From contig OY969603.1 in the NCBI GenBank assembly GCA_963701315.1, positions 3,159,320-3,223,319 on the forward strand: a stretch of DNA of 64,000 nt. Direction: 5' to 3'. This DNA comes from an uncultured Acidobacteriota bacterium. GTDB taxonomy: Bacteria; Acidobacteriota; Vicinamibacteria; Vicinamibacterales; Fen-181. Numbering within the stretch: the first letter of the stretch is position 1; the number at the start of each line of letters is the position of its first letter. Positions 10,324-20,588 of the stretch are shown one piece after another. The notes under the pieces were generated by a model. It did not search any database and had not been told where the DNA came from. It saw nothing but the letters and a program-made list of their open reading frames with translations. Position numbers and translations under genes: made by a program.

Positions 10324-10557
10324 ATGCCCTCCTGCTCTGCCGTGCTGGCGCTGCTCCTCGAGTACCTCGAGGGGCGTCTTTCCGACGCGACGCGCCGGGA
10401 CTTGGACCACCATCTGGCCGGGTGTCCCAGTTGCGACGCCGCCCTGGCGACCTACCGCACGACCGTCGGCCTGCTCCATTCCCTGACCGAGGATGACCTG
10501 CCACCGGAACTCCGGTTCCGCCTGCGCGCCTTCCTCGACCGCCGCGCCACCAACTGA
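10324..10557 (+). CDS. stand-alone zf-HC2 (anti-sigma-type zinc finger) protein
   Basis: 77 aa with HHLAGCPSCDAA (H-x3-C-x2-C). No TM segment and no adjacent sigma gene. Confidence 0.6.
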   Translation: MPSCSAVLALLLEYLEGRLSDATRRDLDHHLAGCPSCDAALATYRTTVGLLHSLTEDDLPPELRFRLRAFLDRRATN

Positions 10558-10710
10558 CCTCCTGCTGCGCGACGTGCGGCACGCTCGACAAGACCTGACC
10601 GTGGGCGGATGGGCCGCGCGAAGCGCGGCGAAGGGAGATGGCACGTCCAACGCTGCCGCGACGGTGCACGGCCAGGCGAAATCCTGCGGGGGCCGGCCGG
10701 GCTCCCCGCC

Positions 10711-13686
10711 CTACGGCGAGACCGTGTCCGGCCGCAGGATGACGCCGGTGTTGGTCTTCCCGTTCATCTTGACGACGACGGGCCGGTCGAACCGGAGGTG
10801 GCGGACGCAGGACGCCTCGTCAACGGCTGGTTGGGCGGAGAGCCAGTCCCAGTCGACGAACCCGTCGCCGGCGTCGGGGTTCACGGTGAAGTAGCCCACG
10901 TTCGAGGACGTCAGGTTCTGGAAGAAGTGCGTGCCCTGCGACGGCGTGACCGTGAAATCGCGGAATCCGGCCTCGACGATGGCGCGGGCGCCGGCGATTT
11001 GATCCCACGTGACGGGGATCCCGAGGAACGGCTCGCTCGACCCCCAGCGGCCCACGCCGACGAGCACGTACGGCACGTTCTGGGCCATCAATCGCTGGTT
11101 GAACCGGCCGACGTCGAGCGCCACGTCCTGGCTGCGCCCGCGGTCGAACCGGTGGAAATCCACGACCACGAGATCCGTGATGCCGTCGATCCGGCCGTTG
11201 CCGAGCACCGCCGAGCTGTGACAGATGGCCGAGGCGCGATCCTCGTCCGTGATCGCCAGTTCGGCGGCCTCACGCGACAGGGCCAGGGGGCGCAGCTGGA
11301 GGAAGCCGAACTCGGCGACCTCGCCCGGGCGGCCCGGCAGGTCGACGGCGAACTCCACCTCCACCGGGGCGCTCGTGCCGCTCTCGCCGATCTCCAGCAA
11401 CCGGGTGAGGATCTCCGAGAGCGGGAAGAACCCGTGCTTGAGGATGGGGGCGAAGCTGATGAGCCGGACGCCGGGTCGCGACATGCCGTCGTAGATGGCG
11501 TCGTTCTCGCGCGAGTAGGTCGAGGCGAGCAGGTCGAGCGTGTGGTCGGCCTCCGCCGTCTCGAGCCCGCAGCGTTCGACGCCGCCGCTCGCGGCCAGAG
11601 CGTCGTCCGGAAGCCCGAGCTGCAGCGCATAGAACTGCCGTTGGGAGTTCTTGAGGGCGGCCTTCACCGACGAGAACTGCAGCAGGTGGTGCGGATAGCG
11701 GGGGCAGAAGCGCAGGCACGGCTCGCCGTCCACGACGGTCACTCCCAGCCCGAGGGCGACGGCCGCCACGCCGTCGGCGGCGGAAAGCGGCGGGACCGGA
11801 TAGAAGTTGTGCGACCGGGCGACCCCCGCAAACGACGGGTAGAACCGCGAGGCGTGGGCGCTGCCGACGAGCTTCTGGAGGATGACCGCCATCTTCTCCT
11901 CCTCGAGCCGGTAGGGCGTGGCGGCCAGGTAGCCCTTGGCATGCTGGGTGAACGTCGACGCGTAGACCCGCTTGATGGCGGCCTGCAGCTGCGCGAGGCG
12001 CAGGGCGGGGTCCGGGTCGTCGTTGGGCAGCATGTAGGTGGCGTAGATGCCGGCAAACGGCTGGTACTGGGAGTCCTCGAGCAGGCTCGACGACCGCACG
12101 GCCAGCGGGTACCGGATCAGCTCGAGGTAGGACGCCAGGTCGGCGACGATGTCGGTGGGCAGCGGCGCGGTGAGAAAGCGCCGGAGGATCTCGGCGTCGT
12201 CGGCGCATTCGATGGCGAAACCCCGGAGGTCGTTGTCGTCGAGGAACCGATCGAACACGTCCGTCGCGACGACGACCGAGGGCGGCACCTCGATCCGGAC
12301 GTCCGGGAACGCGGAGCGCACGCCGTAGTCGTCGAGCAACAGGTTGACGAAGGCCAGACCGCGCGCCTTGCCGCCCAGCGAGCCGCTGCCGATCCGCGTG
12401 AACCGGCTGCGCGTGTCGAAGGTGTGCCGGGCGAAGTCGGCCACGGTGGCCCGGTCGCGGTGTTCCCGGTACTGCCGGATCGACTCGACCAGATCCTGGC
12501 GCAGCGCCTCGGTGTCGGCGAAGTCCGAGACCTTGCGCGGCCGCATGTGGTACGCCACGGCGAACTCGGTGCGCGCCTTGAGCCACTTGGAGAAGTGATT
12601 TCGCTCCGAGTGGTAGGCGATGCTCTCCCCGGGCACCTTCCGGAGCAGCTCCTCGAGCATCCGCAGGTCGGTGGCGCGGCCGACCTCGGTTCCGTCCGGC
12701 AGGCGGAACACGAAGTCCCCGAAGCCGAAGTTGTCGGTCATGAACCGCCGCAGGTCGTGCAGCAGGACCGGGGAGTCCTTCTGGAGGAACGCGGCGCCGA
12801 CCGACTCGGCCAGCTGGCGGTTCTCGGGCACGGCCGACTGGAGCGCGACGGGCACGTCGGGATGCACCTCGCGCACCTTGCGCGCGAACTCGACGCCCGC
12901 CTCCCCGTAGACCTCCCCCGCCCGGGGGAAGGCGATGTCCGAGATGACGCCCAGGACGTGTTCCCGGTACGCCGAGAAGGCCGTCCACGCCTCCTCGAAC
13001 GTGCGGCAGAGCAGGATCTTCGGCCGCGCCTGGATCCGGAGCAGCCGGTGGGGCAGGTTCACGCCCTCGGGCGCGAGCTTCTGCGACTGGTGCATCAGCT
13101 CGGTGTAGATGGCCGGCAGGAAGGACGAGTAGTAGCGGACCGAGTCCTCGATGACGATGACCACCTGCACGCCCATCAGCGCGGTGTCGTGCGCGACGTT
13201 GAGGCGATCCTCCACGTCCTTGACGATCGCCAGCAGAATCGCGACGTCGCCCTGCCACAGGTAGACGCGGTCGAGGTCCGACGTGTCGTTCCGGGCCAGG
13301 AAATTGCTGAGTTCTCGGCTGTCGTAGGCGAGCAGCACCACCGGGACGTTGAGCCCGGCTTCCTTGACGCGCCGGGCGAGCGTCAGGGCGTCCATGTCCC
13401 CGACGTGCATCGACGTGATGATGAGGTTGTGCCGGCGCTCGGCGGAGGCCAGTGCGAGCGCCTCGGCGCCGGACGAGACGCGGGTGATGCCGGGGCTGTG
13501 GCGGAAGCTGAGGTCGAGGAACTCGCTGAGGATGCGCTCGCCGAGCTGGCCGTCCTCGGCCAGGATGAACGAGTCGTACAGGCTGCTCACGAGCAGGATG
13601 TTCTCCACCCGGTGTTGCGCCAGATCCTGGAAGCCGCGGAAGCGGCCGAACAGGGGGCCGGCGGGTTCGCTCGCCTTTGCGCTCAT
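10711..13686 (-). CDS. PEP/pyruvate-binding (PPDK N-terminal ATP-grasp) domain protein with two N-terminal receiver-like domains
   Basis: IGSGSLGGKARGLAFVN and RSSSLLEDSQYQPFAGIY are typical of the dikinase nucleotide-binding domain. REC-like segments sit at the N-terminus. I see no GGxTSHAA phosphohistidine swivel motif. Confidence 0.85.
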   Translation of the reverse strand: MSAKASEPAGPLFGRFRGFQDLAQHRVENILLVSSLYDSFILAEDGQLGERILSEFLDLSFRHSPGITRVSSGAEALALASAERRHNLIITSMHVGDMDALTLARRVKEAGLNVPVVLLAYDSRELSNFLARNDTSDLDRVYLWQGDVAILLAIVKDVEDRLNVAHDTALMGVQVVIVIEDSVRYYSSFLPAIYTELMHQSQKLAPEGVNLPHRLLRIQARPKILLCRTFEEAWTAFSAYREHVLGVISDIAFPRAGEVYGEAGVEFARKVREVHPDVPVALQSAVPENRQLAESVGAAFLQKDSPVLLHDLRRFMTDNFGFGDFVFRLPDGTEVGRATDLRMLEELLRKVPGESIAYHSERNHFSKWLKARTEFAVAYHMRPRKVSDFADTEALRQDLVESIRQYREHRDRATVADFARHTFDTRSRFTRIGSGSLGGKARGLAFVNLLLDDYGVRSAFPDVRIEVPPSVVVATDVFDRFLDDNDLRGFAIECADDAEILRRFLTAPLPTDIVADLASYLELIRYPLAVRSSSLLEDSQYQPFAGIYATYMLPNDDPDPALRLAQLQAAIKRVYASTFTQHAKGYLAATPYRLEEEKMAVILQKLVGSAHASRFYPSFAGVARSHNFYPVPPLSAADGVAAVALGLGVTVVDGEPCLRFCPRYPHHLLQFSSVKAALKNSQRQFYALQLGLPDDALAASGGVERCGLETAEADHTLDLLASTYSRENDAIYDGMSRPGVRLISFAPILKHGFFPLSEILTRLLEIGESGTSAPVEVEFAVDLPGRPGEVAEFGFLQLRPLALSREAAELAITDEDRASAICHSSAVLGNGRIDGITDLVVVDFHRFDRGRSQDVALDVGRFNQRLMAQNVPYVLVGVGRWGSSEPFLGIPVTWDQIAGARAIVEAGFRDFTVTPSQGTHFFQNLTSSNVGYFTVNPDAGDGFVDWDWLSAQPAVDEASCVRHLRFDRPVVVKMNGKTNTGVILRPDTVSP

Positions 13687-13784
13687 GGTGAGTCGGGAAG
13701 AGGGCGGACACGGGGCGGCGCGGGATGGGCCCGCGCCGCCGCCAAACGAGGGAATTGTACCGGAGAACCGTGCGCCGGGTGAAG

Positions 13785-13816
13785 GAATGGAAGACCGGAG
13801 GCCCGGTCTTCCATTC
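13785..13816 (-). terminator. perfect 14-bp stem / 4-nt loop hairpin downstream of gdhA
   Basis: GAATGGAAGACCGG-aggc-CCGGTCTTCCATTC lies 28 nt after the gdhA stop. The following U-tract on the minus strand is weak (CUU). Confidence 0.45.
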
Positions 13817-13843
13817 GCGTCGCTCGCCGGCGCGGCCCAGGTG

Positions 13844-15208
<1,365 letters not shown>

Positions 15209-15297
15209 TCAGTTCCTCCTTGAGATGAAAGGACAATCGTGCCCGCCAAGGGGCACCAGCGCTTGGTGTTGTACCATTGGTCCGGCGAGCGAGTCCA

Positions 15298-15327
15298 TAG
15301 ACATTCTACATTTAACTTAACTATAAT
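15298..15327 (+). promoter_or_regulatory. sigma70-type promoter TAGACA-18-TATAAT, predicted leaderless transcript for the ArsR-family gene
   Basis: The only clearly AT-rich patch nearby. TATAAT (15322-27) ends 10 nt before the ATG at 15338. A TTAAC TTAAC direct repeat lies in the spacer. Confidence 0.4.
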
Positions 15328-15337
15328 CTGTTTCGAT

Positions 15338-15682
15338 ATGGCTCGACCGCTTGCCTACGGCGACGTCTTCCAGGCCGTCGCCAGTCCCGTGCGGCGCATC
15401 CTGCTGGAGAAGCTCAGCAACCGAGAGCAGACGGTTCGCGGCCTCGCCGACTCCTTCGAGCTGACGCTGGCCGCCATCTCCCAACAGCTCAACATCCTCA
15501 AGCGCGCCGGCCTGGTGTCGGCCCGGCGCGCCGGCCGGTGGCGCGTCTACCGGCTGAACGCTGAGCCGCTGCGGGACATCTCCCGGTGGCTCGACAGCTA
15601 CCAGCGGTTCTGGACCGCTCGGCAGCGCGCGCTTGGCGAGGACCTCAGGCGGCACGAGGTGCAGGACGAGCGGTGGCGGTAG
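15338..15682 (+). CDS. ArsR/SmtB family transcriptional regulator
   Basis: Winged-helix pattern FQAVASPVRRILLEKLSNREQTVRGLADSFELTLAAISQQLNILKRAGLV. Internal ATG of ORF 15239..15682. Confidence 0.85.
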   Translation: MARPLAYGDVFQAVASPVRRILLEKLSNREQTVRGLADSFELTLAAISQQLNILKRAGLVSARRAGRWRVYRLNAEPLRDISRWLDSYQRFWTARQRALGEDLRRHEVQDERWR

Positions 15683-15807
15683 GAGGGGGCACGGGCGAGG
15701 CGCACGGCACGCGAGGTCGCCAGACAAAACCGCCGCGCGAGGCCAGTCAGGCCACCGATCGTTCGTCGATTCGAGCGATACGCCGCTCTTTGTTCAGCCG
15801 ACAGGCC

Positions 15808-17943
15808 TCAGCTCGTGATCTTCATCGGAACGAGTTCGGTGACTTCCCCGTCGGCACCCTTGGCTTTGACCTCGAGCAAGTACTCGCCGGCCGCAAAGCC
15901 GGCCAGCGGCAGGTCGACCTGGTAGAAGCTGGCGGTCTGGTCGGGAGCTTTGACCGGAACCTCCACCATGCCGCCGCCCACGCGGTTGAGGACGCGGGCG
16001 CTCACCGCCGGGGTCTCGTTGCCCGGCGCGAACGCCTCGAAGCGGACGAGCAGCCGTTCTGTGCGGCTGAACTCCCGACTCGCCGTGGGCACGGGGTTCG
16101 GGTTGGCGCTGAGGGCGCGGAACTCCCGCGCGTTGGCGGCCCGGAAGACCGCGGGCGTACTGATGGCCACGTGCGGCGCGGTCAGGTCGGGGATCGTGAA
16201 ATTGCGCACGTCGGTGTCGAGGGTCTCGCCCCGCTCGTCCTGAACCGTGATGCGGACCTCGAGCGGTCCGGGGGCCGCGTCGAAGCTCGCGCTCGCCGGC
16301 TCGCGGGCCGATGGCGGTGAGGTCGCGCCGTCGGCGCCCGCCGGCTTGGCCGCCGCGTCGGTCGGCGAATGCCCGCCGACCTTCCCATGGAAGTACGTGC
16401 GGTCGCCGGCACCCGAGGCGAGGATGGACACCGAGGCGGTCAGGTTGCGGTCGACGCCCGGCACCGGCGGCAGCGGCTCCCACACGAACGTCACCTTCGT
16501 CTTCCCGCCCTCTCCACGCGTGGTGCCCAGCCAGCTCCGAATGAACCGGCCCCGCCGCGGCTCGCTGATCGCCCCCAACGCCTTGGTGACCGCGCTCGGA
16601 ACCGCGGCGGGCGGCGGCGCCAGGGACTTCGTCAGCTCCTCCTTGGTCAGGGCCCAGTAGCCCTTGCGAGCCCGGACCTGGATCCCTTGCCGGTGGATTT
16701 TCACCTTGATCTCGTGGAACTTCCCGTCGGCCACGGTGTGCGACGAGCTGTAGCCGAGCAGGTAGTAGGCGCTCGAGTCCCGCACCACCTGCCGCAGCCC
16801 GACCTCGAGGTCGTTCCGGTTGACAATCGCCCGGCCGTCGGTCTGGTCCGCCAGCACCCGGAGCGTGTCCAGGGTGGCCTGCAGGAACTGGAAGTCGGTC
16901 CGCTGGTTGATGTTCTGGCTGATGTCGAACTCGCTGGTCGCCAGCCCCCGCGGATCGAGCGCGTAGATGGCCGTGTTGCTCCGGTTTGCCGCGTCGTAGA
17001 CGTCCCGGAGCTCCTCCTGGATGTCGAGGCTGGCGAAGAAGGCGGACCGGTCATCGGTTTGGAGCATCGGGTTCATTCGGGCCGGGTTCCCGAGGCCCGG
17101 CATCCCGGCGACCGGATCGCTCAGCTGCGGCGGCAGGATGTTGCTGAAGCCCTCGCTCACCAGAATGACAGCCTTCCGCCCCTCGCGGAGCGCACCGAGG
17201 TGGGTGACGAGCGATTGGAGCGCCGACAGCGTCACCTGGTTCCGGATCTGTTCCACGGTGACGGCCGGGGCCATCGCGTACTGCTCCTCGAACTCGTTGC
17301 GCGGCGTGTAGTCGTACTTCCGCCCCTCGAAATGCTGGATCGCCGACAGCAGCTCGTTCCGGTCCCGACCCATCAGCAGGGCGCTCACCGGGGTCAGGGG
17401 GTACATCACGCCCACGAGGTCGTTCGGGCCAATCTGCTTCTCGACAAACGCGCTCAGGGCCGGCTTGAGCGCCATGCTCGACGACCGACGCACGTGGTAG
17501 TCGTCCAGGAACAGCGCGAACAACCGCACATCGTCGCGGGCGGCCTCCGACTCCTCGTCGTAGTCGCTCCGGATCTGCTTGGGCTCTGGCTCCCCGGGCG
17601 CGGGGTTGCCGCTCACCGAGATGAACTTGAAGGTCTCCACCGTCTGGGGCTTGCCGTCCTCGGTCACCTCGAAGTCCGCCTGCTTCAGGTCGGGCACGGC
17701 CTGGCCGTTGCGATCCGACACGATGACGTCGACCCGGACGAAGTTGACGCCCGCGCGGAAGGTGGGCACCTGGGGCGGCTGCGCGGCCTGGCCGGGTGGA
17801 GGGGGTTGCTGGCCCGTCTCGCCCTGGCCCGTCTGGGGGGGACCTGACGACTGGGCCGAGACGTGGCGGTCGCCGGAGCCGGCCACCAGCAGGGCGGCGA
17901 ACGCGACGACGAGCGGGCCGAACACTCGGAAACGGCTACCCAT
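15808..17943 (-). CDS. secreted VWA domain protein (VWFA-related Acidobacterial domain type)
   Basis: Signal peptide MGSRFRVFGPLVVAFAALLVAGSG. FRAGVNFVRVDVIVSDRNGQAVPDLKQADFEVTEDGKPQ matches that family's N-terminal pattern. Only the 3' part of the 1125-aa ORF 15808..19185 is real. Confidence 0.8.
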   Translation of the reverse strand: MGSRFRVFGPLVVAFAALLVAGSGDRHVSAQSSGPPQTGQGETGQQPPPPGQAAQPPQVPTFRAGVNFVRVDVIVSDRNGQAVPDLKQADFEVTEDGKPQTVETFKFISVSGNPAPGEPEPKQIRSDYDEESEAARDDVRLFALFLDDYHVRRSSSMALKPALSAFVEKQIGPNDLVGVMYPLTPVSALLMGRDRNELLSAIQHFEGRKYDYTPRNEFEEQYAMAPAVTVEQIRNQVTLSALQSLVTHLGALREGRKAVILVSEGFSNILPPQLSDPVAGMPGLGNPARMNPMLQTDDRSAFFASLDIQEELRDVYDAANRSNTAIYALDPRGLATSEFDISQNINQRTDFQFLQATLDTLRVLADQTDGRAIVNRNDLEVGLRQVVRDSSAYYLLGYSSSHTVADGKFHEIKVKIHRQGIQVRARKGYWALTKEELTKSLAPPPAAVPSAVTKALGAISEPRRGRFIRSWLGTTRGEGGKTKVTFVWEPLPPVPGVDRNLTASVSILASGAGDRTYFHGKVGGHSPTDAAAKPAGADGATSPPSAREPASASFDAAPGPLEVRITVQDERGETLDTDVRNFTIPDLTAPHVAISTPAVFRAANAREFRALSANPNPVPTASREFSRTERLLVRFEAFAPGNETPAVSARVLNRVGGGMVEVPVKAPDQTASFYQVDLPLAGFAAGEYLLEVKAKGADGEVTELVPMKITS

Positions 17944-18024
17944 ATGTACTCCCCGGGCAGCGACACGAAGGCAGGCTCTGGCCGGATAGCTTGATGATAA
18001 CATCATGGCATCACTCCAGGAGAC

Positions 18025-19197
18025 ATGCCTGTGCCCAGAGAATCGGTCGCGAGCCCAACGCCGCTGTCCGTGCTGGCCGAGGACGAACAGCTGTTCCGCG
18101 ACAGCGTGCTCGAGTTCGCCGGGCGGCGCATCCGGCCCCTCGTCCGCGACATGGACGAGCACGCCAAGGTCCCGCGGGAGTTGGTCGACGACCTCTTCCA
18201 GCTCGGCGTGATGGGCATCGAGGTCCCCGAGGCGTACGGAGGGGCCGGGGCGACCTTCTTTCACGCCGTGCTCGCGGTCGAAGCGCTCTCGACGGTCAAT
18301 CCGTCGATTGGCGTGTTGGTGGACGTCCACAACACGCTGGTGAACAACGCCCTGCTCCGGTGGGGCACCGAGGAGATCAAGGGGCGGTACCTCCCGGCGC
18401 TCGCCAGCCGCACGGTCGGCGCGTACGCCCTCTCGGAGGCCGCGTCGGGCAGCGACGCGTTCGCCCTGGCGGCGCGCGCGGTCCCCGACGGCGACGGCTT
18501 CCGCCTCAACGGGCGCAAGCTGTGGATCACCAACGGGAACGAGGCGGACCTGTTCATCGTGTTTGCCAACATCCACCCGGAGGCGGGCTACCGGGGCATC
18601 ACCGCATTCCTCGTCGAGCGCGGGTTCCCGGGGTTCACGGTCGGCCAGAAGGAGGACAAGCTGGGCATTCGGGCCAGCAGCACGTGCGAGCTGCTCCTCG
18701 AGGACTGCCAGGTGCCCCGCGCCAACGTCCTCGGCGAGCTCGGCAAGGGGTACAAGGTCGCCATCGAGACGCTCAACGAGGGCCGTATCGGGATCGGCGC
18801 CCAGATGATCGGCCTCGCTCAGGGCGCCCTCACCCACGCCGTCGCCTACGTCAAGGAGCGACACCAGTTCGGCAAGGCGATCGCTGACTTCCAGGCCGTG
18901 CAGTTCCAACTCGCCCAGGCCGCCACGGACCTGAACGCGGCCCGCCTGCTCGTCTACAACGCGGCCCGGCTGCGCGACATGGGCCGCCCGTTCCTGGCCG
19001 AAGCCGCCATGTGCAAGCTGTTCTCGTCGCAGGCGGCCGAGCACGTGACCTCGCTGGCCGTGCAGCTGTTCGGAGGCTACGGCTACACGAAGGACTACCC
19101 GGTCGAGAAGCTGTACCGCGACGCGAAGATCGGCCAGATCTACGAGGGCACGTCCAACATGCAGCTCCAGACGATCGCCCGGCACCTGCTCGCCTGA
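18025..19197 (+). CDS. acyl-CoA dehydrogenase (short/branched-chain type)
   Basis: 390 aa with YALSEAASGSDAF, WITNG and QLFGGYGYTKDYPVEKLYRDAKIGQIYEGTSNMQ. Confidence 0.9.
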   Translation: MPVPRESVASPTPLSVLAEDEQLFRDSVLEFAGRRIRPLVRDMDEHAKVPRELVDDLFQLGVMGIEVPEAYGGAGATFFHAVLAVEALSTVNPSIGVLVDVHNTLVNNALLRWGTEEIKGRYLPALASRTVGAYALSEAASGSDAFALAARAVPDGDGFRLNGRKLWITNGNEADLFIVFANIHPEAGYRGITAFLVERGFPGFTVGQKEDKLGIRASSTCELLLEDCQVPRANVLGELGKGYKVAIETLNEGRIGIGAQMIGLAQGALTHAVAYVKERHQFGKAIADFQAVQFQLAQAATDLNAARLLVYNAARLRDMGRPFLAEAAMCKLFSSQAAEHVTSLAVQLFGGYGYTKDYPVEKLYRDAKIGQIYEGTSNMQLQTIARHLLA

Positions 19198-19230
19198 GGC
19201 CGACCGGCGGGCGTCGCCCGCGGATCGGCC
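19198..19230 (+). terminator. imperfect GC-rich hairpin directly after the acyl-CoA dehydrogenase stop
   Basis: GGCCGA..GCGGGCG-t-CGCCCGC..TCGGCC. No T-tract follows, so a terminator role is tentative. Confidence 0.3.
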
Positions 19231-19293
19231 GCGCCGGGGCCAATCCTCGGAGCCGGGGTGTCACCTTTGGCCGGCGAGCCGAGTCTTCACCGT

Positions 19294-19500
19294 ATGACTG
19301 AAGGATTCCGTGTGACCGGCATGACGTGCGGCGGGTGCGAGAATGCCGTCAGGCGCGCTGTGGGACAGCTCAAGGGCGTGACCGAGGTGACCGCGTCCCA
19401 CGCGCGGGAGCGTGTCGAGGTGTCGTTCAATCCAGCCGTGGTGGATCTGGCGGCCATCAAGAAGAAGGTCGCCGCCCTGGGGTACTCGGTCGCGGACTGA
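19294..19500 (+). CDS. heavy-metal-associated (HMA) domain metallochaperone, CopZ-like
   Basis: 68 aa with the metal-binding motif GMTCGGCE. Internal ATG of ORF 19258..19500. Confidence 0.8.
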   Translation: MTEGFRVTGMTCGGCENAVRRAVGQLKGVTEVTASHARERVEVSFNPAVVDLAAIKKKVAALGYSVAD

Positions 19501-19518
19501 CCTCGCCCGCCCCCGCGC

Positions 19519-20040
19519 TCAACGCGCGAGCCTCTCGAAGAGCGGCCGCAGCCGCTGCCCCGTCTGCTCGAGCTCCTCGGGCAACACGCGGACGCTCCCG
19601 ACCACCGACATGAAGTTCGTGTCGCCGGTCCAGCGCGGCACCACGTGGATGTGCATGTGGTCGGCGATGCCGGCGCCGGCCGGACGGCCGAGGTTCATGC
19701 CGACGTTCAGGCCCTGAGGGCGGTACGCCTCGGTCAGGGCCATCTCGGACACCCGCGTCAGCGCCATCATCTCGGACAGCTCGGCGGGCGTCGCCTCGAC
19801 TAGCAGCGCGATGTGCCGGTTGGGCACCACCATCAGGTGGCCGTTGTTGTACGGATACAGGTTCAGGATGACGAAGCACGTCGTCCCGCGGAAGAGCACG
19901 AGGGAGGCGGCTTCCTCGTGCACCTGCGCGTCACAGAAAACGCATCCCTGGGCGGCATCGCTGTTGGTGACGTAGGCGAGGCGCCACGAGGACCAGAGGC
20001 GTTCCACGGTCGTTCTCTCGGGTGGAGGGCGTCGCGTCAA
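19519..20040 (-). CDS. HIT (histidine triad) family protein
   Basis: HMHIHVVPRW histidine triad and NNGHLMVVPNRH. The listed start is TTG, overlapping the upstream stop; the true start is uncertain. Confidence 0.8.
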   Translation of the reverse strand: MTRRPPPERTTVERLWSSWRLAYVTNSDAAQGCVFCDAQVHEEAASLVLFRGTTCFVILNLYPYNNGHLMVVPNRHIALLVEATPAELSEMMALTRVSEMALTEAYRPQGLNVGMNLGRPAGAGIADHMHIHVVPRWTGDTNFMSVVGSVRVLPEELEQTGQRLRPLFERLAR

Positions 20041-20372
20041 ACCGTGGTGAGCGGTTCGTTGGTCTCGGACGGGAGGTTCAGGCCCTCGACGTCCGACGCG
20101 CGGTTGATCAGTTCCTTCAGTTCCTTGCCCGGCTTGAAATACGGCACCTTCTTGGGCGGGACATCCACCTTGTCACCCGTCTTCGGGTTCCGGCCCTTGC
20201 GCGGCTCCCGGCGCCGCAGCCGAAAGCTGCCGAACCCGCGAAGCTCAATCTTCTCACCCCGTTGCAGCGCGGTGATGATGCTCCGGAACACGGTGTCCAC
20301 GATGACCTCGGAGTGCTTCTTGGTGAGGTCCGAGACCCGCGACACCTCTTCCACGAGCTCCGCCTTGGTCAT
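20037..20372 (-). CDS. ihfB: integration host factor beta / HU family DNA-binding protein
   Basis: MTKAELVEE...IELRGFGSFRLRRREPRKGRNPKTGDKVDVPPKKVPYFKPGKELK closely follows the E. coli IhfB pattern. ATG at 20372 follows a GGGGG run. Confidence 0.85.
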   Translation of the reverse strand: MTKAELVEEVSRVSDLTKKHSEVIVDTVFRSIITALQRGEKIELRGFGSFRLRRREPRKGRNPKTGDKVDVPPKKVPYFKPGKELKELINRASDVEGLNLPSETNEPLTTV

Positions 20373-20588
20373 ACTGCCCCCTGGTATCACGGCCTGACTC
20401 CTCCTGTGACGCGCACGAGGGACCCGAGCAGGGCGTACCCGCCCGGACGGACGAACGCCACGCCGATACCGCTCCTGGGAACCGCACGACGAACGGCGGG
20501 GAACGGATGGCCCGCCGGGCCGCACCGTTCCCCCCCTCGGCCTCGCCGCCCGCGCCCTTCGGGGCCGCGGCGACGCGAGGCGCCTCCC

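Noticed and set aside
10609-13782. 1057-aa plus-strand ORF
   Set aside because: It is antisense to the well-supported 991-aa PEP/pyruvate-binding gene. Composition is Arg/Gly/Ala/Pro/Val-dominated with no recognisable motif, which is typical of a high-GC shadow ORF.
17944-19185. Upstream two-fifths of the 1125-aa minus-strand ORF 15808..19185
   Set aside because: This part is antisense to the acyl-CoA dehydrogenase and has shadow-like composition. The real gene starts at the signal peptide (ATG 17943).
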